Assembly: GCF_006345805.1 (NCBI RefSeq)
Contig: NC_043001.1
Coordinates: forward strand, 105,338,001-105,402,000
DNA: 64,000 nt
DNA from: Octopus sinensis
Taxonomy: Eukaryota
Direction of reading: 5' to 3'
Shown here: positions 13,636-26,623 of the stretch, one piece after another
Layout: each line of letters starts with the position of its first letter
Numbering within the stretch: position 1 is the stretch's first letter
Position numbers and translations under genes: made by a program
Notes under the pieces: model-generated
What the model was told of the DNA's origin: nothing
Seen by the model: the letters and a program-made list of their open reading frames with translations, nothing else
Databases searched by the model: none

Positions 13636-13905
13636 ATAAAATGGTTCTTGGTATGAAACAATTGTACTAAACTACTAATCCATTCTTGTTGCTTTTTTCT
13701 TGGTTATAATCACCCCACATTTTTATGGTTAATACCAGAAACAATTCTGGTGAATCTAAGTTAAGTACCATATTCATTTGAATTCTTTGGAATTCACTTG
13801 AATCTTAATTGTTTTTGCTGAAAGTATATATATATAAAATCTAAATAAGCAATCACCCTATTTTGAAACTGTATGGATAATACCGAACAAAATTCTGGGG
13901 CCTCA

Positions 13906-14063
13906 ACTGTCTGGTAAGTAGCTTGCTTACCAAATACGTGGTTCTGGGATTCAGTCCCACTGCGTGGAACCCAGGTCAAGTATCCTCTACTATAGCTACG
14001 AGCAGACCAAAGACTTGTGCGTGGATTTGGGATTTGGTAGACGGAAACTAAAATTCTCGCCGT
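13906..14063 (+). mobile_element. SINE family B
   Basis: GGTAAGTAGCTTGCTTACCAA...TTCAGTCCCACTGCGTGG...GGATTTGGTAGACGGAAACT. Confidence 0.8.
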
Positions 14064-14103
14064 ATATATATATATAAAGATATAGATAGATAGATAGATA
14101 GAT

Positions 14104-14146
<43 letters not shown>

Positions 14147-14358
14147 TGAGAGAGTTGGTATGTAAAATCACGTAATTGGATGTATAAAAGACTGAAAAGT
14201 GTGAAAAAACTACAGAAGGCTTGTGTTATATGGTTAAAAGAATATATTTAAATCGTTATGTTAGAAAAATGTTATAAAAGTTTGCGTATAGTAACATAGT
14301 TTTGGGAGAAATAACCGGTTTCGTACTTTTTTTCAAATTTCTCAAATTTCTTGACCTA

Positions 14359-15974
14359 CAGTTGCGTCCAAAATGTTCAGAACGGCATTGTTTTCGTCAG
14401 AAAATAGGTATAATTTTTTTATCAAAGTTGTTTTATATTCTATAATTTTCACAGACAATAAATACGATGTTATTTGTTATTGTCTGAGATTTTGGTGTAA
14501 TTTGAGAGGATAATACAAAAGTTATGGATGATATAGTGATTTACTGCAAAACCCATGGCGGCCAAAATGATCAGAACGGTTGCTTTTACTTCATGTTTTA
14601 GTATATTTAACCAGCGGACTCTAATGTTTTGAATTTGTTACGTGACGGTTCATTTACTAAACACGCGTAAGAATATCTGTAGTGTATTTTGTTAATATAA
14701 TGCCACTTACTCCGTTACCAATACGTCAGCAGATTCTTAAGCTTCGAAAGAAGGATAATTTAAGTATTGGGTCTATTGCAAAGATTGTTAACAAGTCAAA
14801 GTGTTGTTCACGGTATTCTTAAGGTCTACGATGATTGTGGTTCGTGTGAAGCAAGAAAGTCCACAGGTAGGCCAAGAAAAACGACCAAGAGAGAAGATCG
14901 TGCTATAGTAAGGTTGGTTATAAAGGTTAGATTTAAAACTGCTGTTGCTGTTTCTCGGGAAATGAGCATTGTACGGAAGAAACCTTTATCGCGAAAAACT
15001 GTGTCTCGTCGTTTAGTTGAACATGACCTACAAGCAAGAGCACCTGCAGTGAAGCCACTGATCAGCTCCAAGAATAAAAAGTGTCGTCTTACCTTTGCAA
15101 CCGAACATGTGTTGTCTCAAGAAAAATGGCAAACGGTGCATTTCAGTGATGAATCTAAGTCTATGTTATTTGGCTTAGATGGGAAAAGGTACGTCGAAAA
15201 GCAGGTGAAAAATTGTCGCCTAAATGCCTTAAGACTAATGTTAAATTCGGTGGAGGAAGTGTCATGGTTTGGGGGATGATATCTGGAGATGTTGTGGGCT
15301 CTTTGCTGCGATTACATGGAAAGGTAAATGCAGGAGTTTATAAACAACTTGTAAAATATCATGTCTTGCCTGTGCTGAGAAATTCAACTAAGCGACCACC
15401 CATATTCATGCAGGACGATGCCCCATGTCACAAAGCTAAGGTGGTCATGAACTTCCTCAAGGCTGAAAAGGTTATTTTTATGGATTGGCTTGCTCAATCA
15501 TATGCTGGAGTCGGAAAGACAATATCCAGGTCTCCTGGAGAACGTTCGAAAACCAGAAATCCTAAAACAACCGAGCAATTATGGAATACCCTTCAGGAAG
15601 AATGGAATAAGATCACCTAGCAAGAAATTGAAAATTTAATTTCCCCATGTAGTCAAAAATGTCAAATTTTAATTGAAGCTAAAGGGCTTCACACTAAATA
15701 TGAAATAATTCCAGCATTCTCTGTCATTTTTGATTATTTTGTTATTTTTTCAACCGTTCTGATCAGTTTGACCACCATGGGTTTTGCAGTAAATCACTAT
15801 ATCATCCATAACTTTTGTATTATCCACTCAAATTACATCAAAATGTTAGACAATACCAACTAATATTGTGGTTATTGCCTGTGAAAATTGTAGAATATAA
15901 AACAACTTTGATAAAAACTTATACCTACTTTTCTCACGAAAACAATGCCGTTCTGAACATTTTGGACGCAACTG
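14359..15974 (+). mobile_element. Tc1-family DNA transposon with ~224-bp IR/DR terminal inverted repeats
   Basis: TA|CAGTTGCGTCCAAAA ... TTTGGACGCAACTG|TA; TIRs 14359-14582 and 15751-15974; repeat CCAAAATG(T/A)TCAGAACGG at both ends of the left TIR. Confidence 0.95.
14700..15706 (+). pseudogene. Disrupted Tc1 transposase
   Basis: MPLTPLPIRQQILKLRK start; GRPRKTT, VHFSDESK, KFGGGSVMVWG, FMQDDAPCHK, GLHTKY motifs; frameshifts near 14800 and 15195, stop at 15618, damaged SPDLNPIE region. Confidence 0.92.
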
Positions 15975-16189
15975 TATATCGTATCATATCTTCGCTATGT
16001 TGTAAAATATGGAGGTCCGGGCAGGGAAAGGTAATCAGGGAGATTTTCTGGTATAAGGAAGATAATCAAACATGTTGGGAATGACTAATTAAACATGATT
16101 TAGTTTAGAATATATTCCTATATGATGTAACTATTCCTATATATATATATATACAGGAATATTTATAGAATTATAAATAAGCTATGGAG

Positions 16190-16286
16190 AGTCCTGATGA
16201 TTGGAGTTGCAGTTAAGATATGTTTCTGAAAAACAGACTGAGGGTCTCGGGAACGTTAAATGCACCTCATGAAACACGTGTAGAAG
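16190..16286 (+). ncRNA. Degenerate hammerhead motif
   Basis: CUGAUGA at 16194, imperfect stem II (UGCA/UGCA), GAAAC-ACGU-GUA at 16271-16282; palindromic ACACGUGU; stem I weak. Confidence 0.5.
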
Positions 16287-17125
16287 AGAAATTTGGAACT
16301 GAAATAGGAAGTATTAAAAGGAAATTCTATGATATGCTGTGATGTATATTAGGATTTGAGGAATTGCATGAGGACTTCTATCTCTAAATGACATATATAT
16401 ATATATAATTTCTATTTGAGCATTAAAATGGGATATTAACATTTCTAATTGAGGGCGGCGAGCTGGCAGAATCGTTACCAACCGAGACAAAATGCGTAAC
16501 GGTGTTCAGTCTTAACAAATATTATTATTTCGTCCGACTTTACAAATATTATTAAACCATTTTAACGTTCAAATAGAAATCTACAATAGAAATTAAATAC
16601 ACAATAGCTCACATACGTAGATAACACATACATATATCTATCTATTTATCTATCAGTGTACCTATACATGTTATTTGCTATCTTAGACGTATTTAAATTC
16701 TTCCTGGAAGGAAGAAAATTATTTCTCTCAAATATACAATGCTCCATCTTTGGAATGTAGCTAACAAAAGCAATGAGATATATTGTTCTTGAGACATGTC
16801 TTGCAAAATCATTTTAGTGTTCCACTTACAGACTGTAACTGTAATGTCTGGGTTAACTGGTTGATGTAGGTCTTTTGAAAATCTTATCGTTTTCAAATTG
16901 TTACCCGTGCTTTTAATAACAAAACTATGTGCACCATTTATAGATGTGAAATGATAATTTTCATATCTCTCAGAGTAATTTCATCCGACCGGTTAGGTTT
17001 CTTATGGACAAAATATTTGATGGGAATATCCCAGCAATATTCCCTGTGTTGGTTATTTGATGTCTATGATCTAATAGAGGCGAGGGCTTAAATGATGTCT
17101 TCCTTAGAAATGAAAAAATCCAGCA

Positions 17126-17284
17126 AAGGTGTGGCCGTACGGTAAGACGCTTGCTTCCCAATAACATGGTTCTGGGTTCAGTCGGACTGTGTGCTACGTT
17201 GGCCTGGTCTATTCTACTATAGTCGCGGGCTGACCAAAGATTTTTTAGAGGATTTGGTAGACGGAAACTGAAGAACCTGACGTA
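17126..17284 (+). mobile_element. SINE family B
   Basis: Same consensus blocks as 13906-14063. Confidence 0.8.
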
Positions 17285-17471
17285 TGTACAAACATGCATA
17301 TATACATACATTACATACATATATGTATATATATATATATATAGTAATATTAGGGAATAAGAACAAACTAACAGGGAAAAATTAGATTTAGGATTAAATC
17401 CAATTTTATAGTATAAATATATTATATTATATTATATTAATTTTGAGATAAACCACTATTAGGCAAATAAA

Positions 17472-17948
17472 ACAGTGAAAAACATAAGCCAATACATAAA
17501 ATTGATTTAAAAGTATAAAAGTTAAAAATTAAAAAAATACTTAAATAAATTAAACTTATAAATTTTAAATATATATATATATATACAAATATATATATAT
17601 ATGTATGTATATTTTTATATTTATATATTATTTTATTTGTTAATTTATTTATTTATTTATTTATTTATTTTTGTTTTAAAGTTTAATAAAAGATAAAGAG
17701 TAAAACGATCGTAGTGTTTTAACTTTTAATACTTTTAATAATTATTTTAAAAAAATAATAAATAAATTAATTAATTAATAAAATAATATATAAATATAAA
17801 AATATACAAACATATATATATATATATATATATATATTTGTATATATATATATATTTAAAATTTATAAGTTTAATTTATTTAAATATTTTTTTAATTTTT
17901 AACTTTTATATTTTGAAATTAATTTTATGTATTGGCTTATGTTTTTCA

Positions 17949-17952
<4 letters not shown>
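17472..17952. repeat. AT-rich inverted repeat with ~200-bp arms
   Basis: ACAGTGAAAAACATAAGCCAATACATAAAATT... mirrored by ...AATTTTATGTATTGGCTTATGTTTTTCACTGT. Confidence 0.88.
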
Positions 17953-18036
<84 letters not shown>

Positions 18037-18077
18037 ATAGGTATATTTGTATATCTATGTATATATAAAGAGAGAGA

Positions 18078-18330
18078 GGAGGCGCGTGGTTTAGTGGTTA
18101 AGGTGTCAGCAACATGATCGTAAGATTGTGGTTTCGATTCCTGGACCGGGCGACGCGTTGTGTTCTTGAGCAAAACACTTCATTTCACGTTGTTCCAGTC
18201 CACTCAGCTGGCAAAAATGAGTAACGCTGCGATGGACTGGCGTCCCGTCCAGCTGGGGAACACATACAACATTGAAACCGGAAAATCGCGCCCATGAGTC
18301 TGGCTAGGCTTTAAAACGGACGCATTTATT
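18078..18330 (+). mobile_element. SINE family C-related
   Basis: GGAGGCGCGTGGTTTAGTGGTTAAGG..GGTTTCGATTCCTGGACCGGGCG head, AT-rich tail. Confidence 0.8.
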
Positions 18331-18639
18331 TTATTATATATATATATTTAAGAAAGTGGTATATGTAAAAACGCACAGGAGGTTTGTATAATAAAATTTA
18401 TGCTAATATTACGATCATAATGAAGCGAAGAGTTGTATTACAACATTATATAATAAACTGGGAGTATCGGTTTCGCGTCTTACGCTTATCAAACTTCCAG
18501 GGTCTCAGATTTCAGTACAGAGATGATTTTTGTTAAATCATAGGAACGCCGTTTTTGTTGTTGACAATAATTTTTGCAGACGAAGGGATGTAACTCTTCA
18601 ATTTTTACGAAGGTAATCTGGTTTGGGATGTAATTCTTC

Positions 18640-19400
18640 AATTTATCTGAAAATTATAACACTAAATAACCAAAGACAACTAAACAACAAACAAGCTTAC
18701 TCCGCCCATGAGAACATGATAGGGAACAATCACATAAACACCCCCACTTCATACATGCACCATGAAGAGATACCATCAACCCCTCTTTAGTACCAGACAT
18801 AACCGCCACGCAGCTCCGAACTATTAGCACCCCCAAAACACAAGACTCACCAGGAGCAGGAGAAACTCACAGACCAGACGTTCGGATGGGACAACAGTTC
18901 ATTCAGCAAATTTCACCCTTCCCAGGGATTACTGAAAACACCAGACACCACACACTATAACGAACATAGATTCTACAGACACCCATACCTAGATAAAAAT
19001 CTAAAACCACAAATCACCATCCACCCAACAGAATCCCCCAGTTTTACACAAACCACCCATACACACACAAAAACAAACACCGACCAGAGAAAAGGAGATT
19101 TAGTTTGGATTATGCCTAACACCAAACGTAGAACCACCAGACATCCGAACACACAAAACAATCCAAGATAACAGCATTGCCATACATCCAATCCCTCCAT
19201 AAACGGCTCATACCAAGATAAGCAACATTTTTAGCCCCAAACCAGAGGAAACAAGACATAGGGTAGAACCAAAAATACGGGAAAATCGAAGGTAATTAAC
19301 CTTTCCCACAAATATCTATCAACGACAAAGATAGATATCTTCTCCAAACAACTTAACTTCACCCCTACACCTCGCAAAGCCAATCAAAATGAAATTAGCG
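18640..19400 (+). pseudogene. Penelope-like element 5' ORF fragment
   Basis: 19289-19397 reads KVINLSHKYLSTTKIDIFSKQLNFTPTP, matching the PLE N-terminal VxNLS...LxxxE..LL.KGLNF.PTP motif; upstream is C/A-rich degenerate coding-like sequence. Confidence 0.65.
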
Positions 19401-20314
19401 TCAGTGCCCCAGCATGATTACGGTTTACGAGCGAAACAAATGAAGGATAAATGATAACAAAATAAAAGAATGAATATATTTGGTATCATCTTGGGTTTCA
19501 GAAGTGTTTTGTTGTTTCTTTCGTTCATTAGTAATCTGCAGTCTTCTCCAGCTTTCAACTTGCACACGTATTTCCTTCAACGTGTAACGTAGTATTTCAA
19601 TATTGATAAATATTTCGAATATTTTAACTTCTTCCACATAGAGCTTGTAACTGTAATGTGCGAATTAGCTGGTTATGCATGTGTGTATGGCTGTCAGAAT
19701 TTAAGTATGTATCACGCACACACATATTTGTACAAACACATGCACACACACACACACACGCACTGATACACATACCTATTAATAGGGATGCCGTTTATGA
19801 AGGGCAATAACGTGAGAATTTTGAATACATTCATATATTTCCGCTGAATCAACGAATTAAAGTCATGATTTCTGGTTAGTAATAAATATTCGCTGCTTTG
19901 TCCCCCGTACAAAAGATTGTAATGGCATCGAATACAATATATCAGCCATTCAGAGATAAAGTACCAATAAACTTATATTTTAAAGGACAGGGGGTAAAGG
20001 AAATATATATATATATAAAAAATCAAATAAGCTAAATACAATAAGAGATTAGTTTTGAAACTTGTGAACCTAATAAAAAAAAAATTTGAATTGTGTTTGG
20101 ACATAATGAAAATGAATCTGTTACAAACAAATTTTGCTTTATGAGGCCGCATACGAAGCTGTAAATAAACTCTAAGAAAAGTCTACTAACTTCTAACGTT
20201 TTTGACAAAATCAGCGGTACATACAAACAGACACGCACACATGTACACATACACACATTCACATTCTCACACACATACGGTCGCAAATAAGTAAAATCAT
20301 ACATGTAATCTCCT

Positions 20315-20380
<66 letters not shown>

Positions 20381-20447
20381 CCATATATATATATATATAT
20401 ATATGTATGTATATATGTATATATATGTGTGTATGTGTGTGTGTGTG

Positions 20448-20480
<33 letters not shown>

Positions 20481-20502
20481 ATCTGTGTGTGTGTGTGATG
20501 TG

Positions 20503-20812
20503 TGGCTTAGTATTTAGCGTATTGGGTTCACGATAATAACGTTCCATGTTCGATTCTCGGAGGCGGATTGTTTCCGTCAGCTAGTCAATCTATTTAAGCT
20601 GTTCTAGTTCACTCGTCAGGCAAAGATAATTCCTGCAATGCAAAGGACCCAGCTCGACACACTCTGATTTACGTTCTGAATCTGCTCGAGACCTACGTTA
20701 AGGTTAGCCGTGTCTGTGGAGTGCTCAGCCACTTGCACGTTAATTTCATGATCAGGCGCTTCCGTTGGTCAGATCGACTAGAATGCTCATCGTGGTAACC
20801 GACGCAGTACTA
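20503..20812 (+). mobile_element. SINE family C, degraded
   Basis: GTGGCTTAGT..GTTCGATTCTC head; block matching the reverse complement of 4780-4930. Confidence 0.65.
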
Positions 20813-21058
20813 GTATATGTATTCTTTTATTCTTTTACTCGTTTCTGTCATATGACAGCTGCCACGTGGGACACCACCTTACGGGTTTTAGTCGAACCCT
20901 AGAACACTTGGACTTATTCTTTTAAGCCTAGCACTTATCATATCGCTCTCTTTTTCCGAAAAGTATGTTACAGGGACGTAAACATGCCAGCACCGACTGT
21001 CAAACTTTGATCAGGGCCAAAAATAGACACAAATGCATACACAGACAGGCAGACACAC

Positions 21059-21120
<62 letters not shown>

Positions 21121-21355
21121 CATGTATCCGCCGTGGCCCGTTGGGTCACAACCATTCCAAGTTGAAAATGTCGGGCAAGGAAAAAATACTATTTCGAATT
21201 TCATGCAATAATATTCTCAAATAACACTGTTCTCATGCCTATGGTGTGAAAAGTTAGGCGCGACCAAATGGCCTTTAAATTTTTTCTCGCTTTCTTCTTT
21301 CACATCGTTTGTTACTACTGTTTCCAGTGAAATATATGTATGTATATATATATAC

Positions 21356-21387
<32 letters not shown>

Positions 21388-21439
21388 ACATTGAGGGGAT
21401 AATTATAATCTAGGCCTTTCCCTCGCTGCGTCAGTAGCA

Positions 21440-21481
<42 letters not shown>

Positions 21482-21564
21482 TATATATATACATATATAC
21501 AAATATACATATGGTTAAATATGTATACCTAAGGAATGAGAACCCACGTTTGAAATTGTCCCCA

Positions 21565-21610
21565 GACACCTGATGATGGCTGGCGGGTATATCAGCCGAA
21601 AAGTTGTGTT
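21565..21610 (+). ncRNA. Minimal hammerhead motif, same family as 23491-23536
   Basis: GACAC-CUGAUGA-U-GGCUGG-cggguaua-UCAGCC-GAAAA-GUU/GUGUU (GAAAC changed to GAAAA). Confidence 0.65.
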
Positions 21611-22987
21611 AACAACAAACACGATGAGGACAAATATCCGTCAAATGTAAATACTGTAAATAATGTATATATAACAAATAGATCCTGCCAAATAATATAT
21701 GTATATAGTAGCGAATTGTAAATTTTCTTTTCTCAAATTTTTGGGAAAACGTCACAATCACCATACGACATTACATCTAAAAGCGTCAGTACTAAAGGAA
21801 CCCTCATATATTATAATTTTACATACTGTGGGTGTCTGTCAGGAATATTTGGGTCTTTCCAAGTCTGTTAAGCATGCCTCTAAATATCCAGCACACTTTT
21901 ATACATTAGATGTTTTATATACAAACAGAATTTGCACAAGGAATTCCTTACAGTGTTCAATATTTACAACTCATATTATTCTTAACAAGGTGATATATTT
22001 TACACTTCATGTGTTTCTTTGGAAATTTATATAACCACATTCATTGTATGTCCCCTATACATTTCTTTTACTATCGTTTCATACATAATTGCGTGATATC
22101 ATAATGTTTACAGGCGAAAATTATTCTTAACAATGTATAAACAACCTTGAAATTTTAAAAATATTTCATGAATTTTTATACAAAGTTTCCGCACTTTATC
22201 AAAGTGCGAAATTTTCTTGCTTGAGGAAAATGTGAGAAGCTTATATACAAACTGGATAATGTATTCGAAACTAGATACAATAAAGATAAACTTAATGATT
22301 GTGTTTGTAAATTAAATATGAAATATATACTGATATTTTGTTGTAAACAGGTAGATGAAACATTTCCTCGAATAATGTGTTTATTAATAAAATTCTGATA
22401 TAATCATCAAAGAAAAGATGATATATGTGGCCCTCATATTAAACTACTTCATTATTGCAGCAACGAGTGTGTGTGCTGATGCAATATGTAATAAGCAAGT
22501 AATAAATTGAATGAAAAGCGGATGACGAAATTGCCTTTAATAATGTCGATAGTAATCTATTCTCCGATTTGGTGAAGCTAGATCTTGCAAACTCTATGTA
22601 ATTTAATCAAATTGTCACATATATATGCGACTGTTGTTCGCAGAGACTTATTCTGACTAGGGAACTTTCTCGAATTACTTTCTCTACTTGCTATATATTA
22701 AATGTAGTCTTAATGAAACGTGACAGACATATTAGAACCATGTCTGGTCATTTAAATCTAGAAAATTTTCCTCTTCTATTAGGGATAACATATATCTCTT
22801 CGTGGCTCCGAATAACTAATCGAATATTAAGAAATAATTGGCAGTTTCTATCAATTATCTGCTTCACATTTCTTTCTATATATTTTTTTTTGTGGGGAAT
22901 GGAAACTTATGAAAATGTATCGTTTTCTTAAAATTGAACATACCTAGGTTTTCGAACAACTCTGATCGCGAATAAATCGTGCTCTCA

Positions 22988-23036
<49 letters not shown>

Positions 23037-23490
23037 GACAGATATATACATATATATAAAGCACGATTTATTCGTGATCAGAGTTGTTCGAAAATCGAGT
23101 TTCTAGCGTATTTATGTTTTCTTTGCCAAGCAATATGAAACTATTTGACGATTAAAATTAAGTTAATTTAATTGAACATTAAGTGTGTAAAATATCAATA
23201 CCCTGCACACTCATGAGAATTTTGTCCAAGTTTTCCACATCATTTTATTCAAGGTTACATCAAAATATTACCTAAATGAATATTTTTGGTGAATGAGAAA
23301 AATGTTGCTGCCTTATACAAAAATGTATAATTTTTTACTCTTTCAAATGTTTCGGCGCAAGACATGTGGCCATACATGCTCATCACCTAAAAAAGAAATT
23401 TACTGAATTATAAATTGTCAATGATAAATGTCAACATTATTTACATTATTTACATTTCACGGATATTTTTCCGCATCTTGTTTGTTTGTT

Positions 23491-23536
23491 AACACAACGT
23501 TTCGGTTGACATACCCTCCAGCCTTCATCAGGTGTC
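23491..23536 (-). ncRNA. Minimal type-I hammerhead ribozyme motif
   Basis: GACAC-CUGAUGA-A-GGCUGG-aggguaug-UCAACC-GAAAC-GUU/GUGUU; canonical core, palindromic AACGUU. Confidence 0.72.
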
Positions 23537-23610
23537 TTGGGAAATTAGGAACCTGGGTTCACATTCCTAAGGTATTTTAAATGGAATTATTATTATTATT
23601 ATTATTATTA

Positions 23611-23649
<39 letters not shown>

Positions 23650-23755
23650 GGCGTAGTGGTTAAAAACGCGGGCTACTAACCTCAAGATTCCGAGTTCGAT
23701 TCCAGGCAGTGTCCTGTATAATAATAATAATAATAATAATAATGATAATAATAAC

Positions 23756-23787
<32 letters not shown>

Positions 23788-24350
23788 CAACAACAACAAC
23801 AAAAACATCGAAAAATATCTTAGGAATGAGAAGCCAGGTTCCAATTTTCCCAAGCACACCTGATGAAGGCTGGATGTTTTGTTAACAACTCACAAGATGA
23901 TGACAAATATCCATCGAATGTAAATAATGTAAATAATGTACATAATTCTTCATCTCTTAAATATGGCACGATAAATATGAATTTTACAAAATATTAAACT
24001 AGAGTATAAATCATTTATGAAATTCCCATTAATGAATTTTCATAGCCATGCAATTTAAATATCTGCTCATTCCCAAGAGCATTTGCTTTGTCAAAGAAGA
24101 ATTCGAATCAAAAAATTGCCTCGAATTGAGGAAACCACAATTGAATCCCATTTCCGCTTGCGTCTTTCTCAGGACACTTGAAAATGATAATTGTGTGCGA
24201 GAACTTACCTGATTTGCATTAGAAATGTATACCCTTCGTAGTACCACTACATTCGTATGTTTATACCGAAGTACATTCATTAGGTTTACAACATATTTTG
24301 CTAGTATCATTGTGACTGCATAAACACAAATACACAAACATATGTAAACA

Positions 24351-24429
<79 letters not shown>

Positions 24430-24444
24430 TTATCTATCTATCTG

Positions 24445-24499
<55 letters not shown>

Positions 24500-24519
24500 G
24501 TCTGTCTATCTATCTATCT

Positions 24520-24567
<48 letters not shown>

Positions 24568-24592
24568 CCATATGTCTGTCTGTCTATCTATT

Positions 24593-24686
<94 letters not shown>

Positions 24687-25394
24687 TGTGTGCGTGTGTA
24701 TTTGCGTGCGTGTGTGTAAAATCTACAGAACCTCGAAACTAGGTACCAAAAAGCGTAATGAACATCTGAAGCCTGAAGCGCCATTGTTGGCAAATAATCT
24801 CTCATTTTCAGTAATGTGTTTGGCATGAAGTTATGATTCAAACTAAGAATATTTTGTGTAACAATCAAAATCCAAAAGATAGTCCACACGGTACATTGAC
24901 CGAAGGACTAACTCGTTTGGGGAAAATAATTAATACAATTTTTTTTAAATCCTAATAAATTTTATGACAGGTATATTATTATTGTTGTTGCTAGCAGTAT
25001 AAAATATTACGTTTATTCCAATTCCATTTCAGAGTTGGTACCGAATCCATAATAGAAGTTTTCCTTTTGGCCAAAAGAAAACTTAAATTTTCTCATGTAA
25101 GAGGAATGTACAAGAATGTATTCGAATTTCATTATTGAAGTGAAACGATATACGTACATATATTCTATTTGTGGTGAAGATTCCATAATAAATGCGACAC
25201 CAGAATATAGTGTCGTATTTCGGAATAAATACGGAGAGAACCGAATAGAATTTCTGTAAAATAAATGAGAAATTCAAAGCCGGGAAAACTGCAGAGAATA
25301 TCGTGCACGAATATGTATTGATAGAATTTCAAAAACATTGTTACGTCACTTAATGTTTTAAATATGTTAGTAATATTTATGCATATATATATAT

Positions 25395-25456
<62 letters not shown>

Positions 25457-26052
25457 TAATAAAAATAAGAAAATAGAGAAACAATTTGGTTTTTTCATCA
25501 ACTTACGGATATTATAATGTTGGATTATTTATTCATTTTACAAATGAGAACATCAAAAGCATACAAAAATATTATATAGATCAATAGATAAGATAATACA
25601 AAAACAGATTTTAAAAGTCTTGTATAAATTAATGAAATCCTAAAAATTACTTCTTACAGCTGTTTCAGCCTATGTTCAAATATATATATATATATATACC
25701 AATGTATATGTACGTGTACATGCATATGCATACGTATATATGTATGGCTCTATGTATGCATGCACGTAAGGCTGTATAGCTACAAGAATATTGCATAGAT
25801 CGTAGACCTGGTAATCTCTACAGTTCAACCCGGGCATTGTCCGCATTGAAAGATCATATATCTTTGTATTAAGGACATGTTATTAGAATGTTGATGAAAA
25901 AGGAATCATACAATGCATTCATGAAGCCGAACCAATAAACAAGGCTTCTATTGTTAAACCATTTATGAGATGACTAGATAATACCCGTAGTCTAATTTGG
26001 TCTCTGTTAGGGATCAACAGAAGATAAATGTCTCATATACATATATATATAT

Positions 26053-26356
26053 ACTGCAAAACTTGGGTTTCAGAAGTCCACAGCTCTTCAATATCCTCCC
26101 TAAATGCCTGAGAGACTTGCAATGTGTGGATGTGTGTTTCTTTAAAACTAAACTGGATCACTTCTTGTCAGGGGTTCCAGATGAAACTACCTCTCAGCAG
26201 GAAACACAGATGCGGGCAGTGGCGTGGAACTCCCTTGTTGATCAAGTGCCACGTATCAGAGGTGGTTTCACACACTAGTGTTGCTCATTCAACGGTGGTG
26301 TCCCAGCATGGCCGCAGCCTTCGGGCTGAAACATTTTTAAGGATTTAAGGATTTAA
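26053..26356 (+). pseudogene. CR1/L2-group LINE 3' end (ORF2 C-terminus and 3' UTR)
   Basis: PQLFNILPKCLRDL..FFKTKLDHFLSGVPDE; 3' UTR GTCCCAGCATGGCCGCAGCCTTCGGGCTGAAAC followed by short tandem TTTAAGGA units. Confidence 0.7.
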
Positions 26357-26534
26357 ATATATACATATATATATATAGGTAAACCTTCATGGGAATAATT
26401 GATAAATACCTATACCCTCCGGAACAGGATGAACTATAAGGAATCTTAAGCTTCGTACCTTGCTCCACATTTCTCTATATCACATTTGTCTCTACATGAG
26501 TCTATATATTCTCTTATTTATACGATTTATATTT

Positions 26535-26623
26535 CGTCTCCGATGATGGAATACCCTCTATATGGAAATCTTGATCGGCACATTGATCAGTTACCTGGCC
26601 TATCCGAGAAATACCCGTAAGGC
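26535..26623 (+). ncRNA. Degenerate hammerhead motif related to 37608-37657
   Basis: Same UUCGUCUCCGAUGA 5' half; GGAAUA...UAUCC stem II; GAAAUACCCGUA/AGGC. Confidence 0.45.

Noticed and set aside
23649-23711. tRNA gene
   Set aside because: A and B boxes and an anticodon-like arm are present but no acceptor stem pairing; treated as a SINE head, as are the family A, B and C heads
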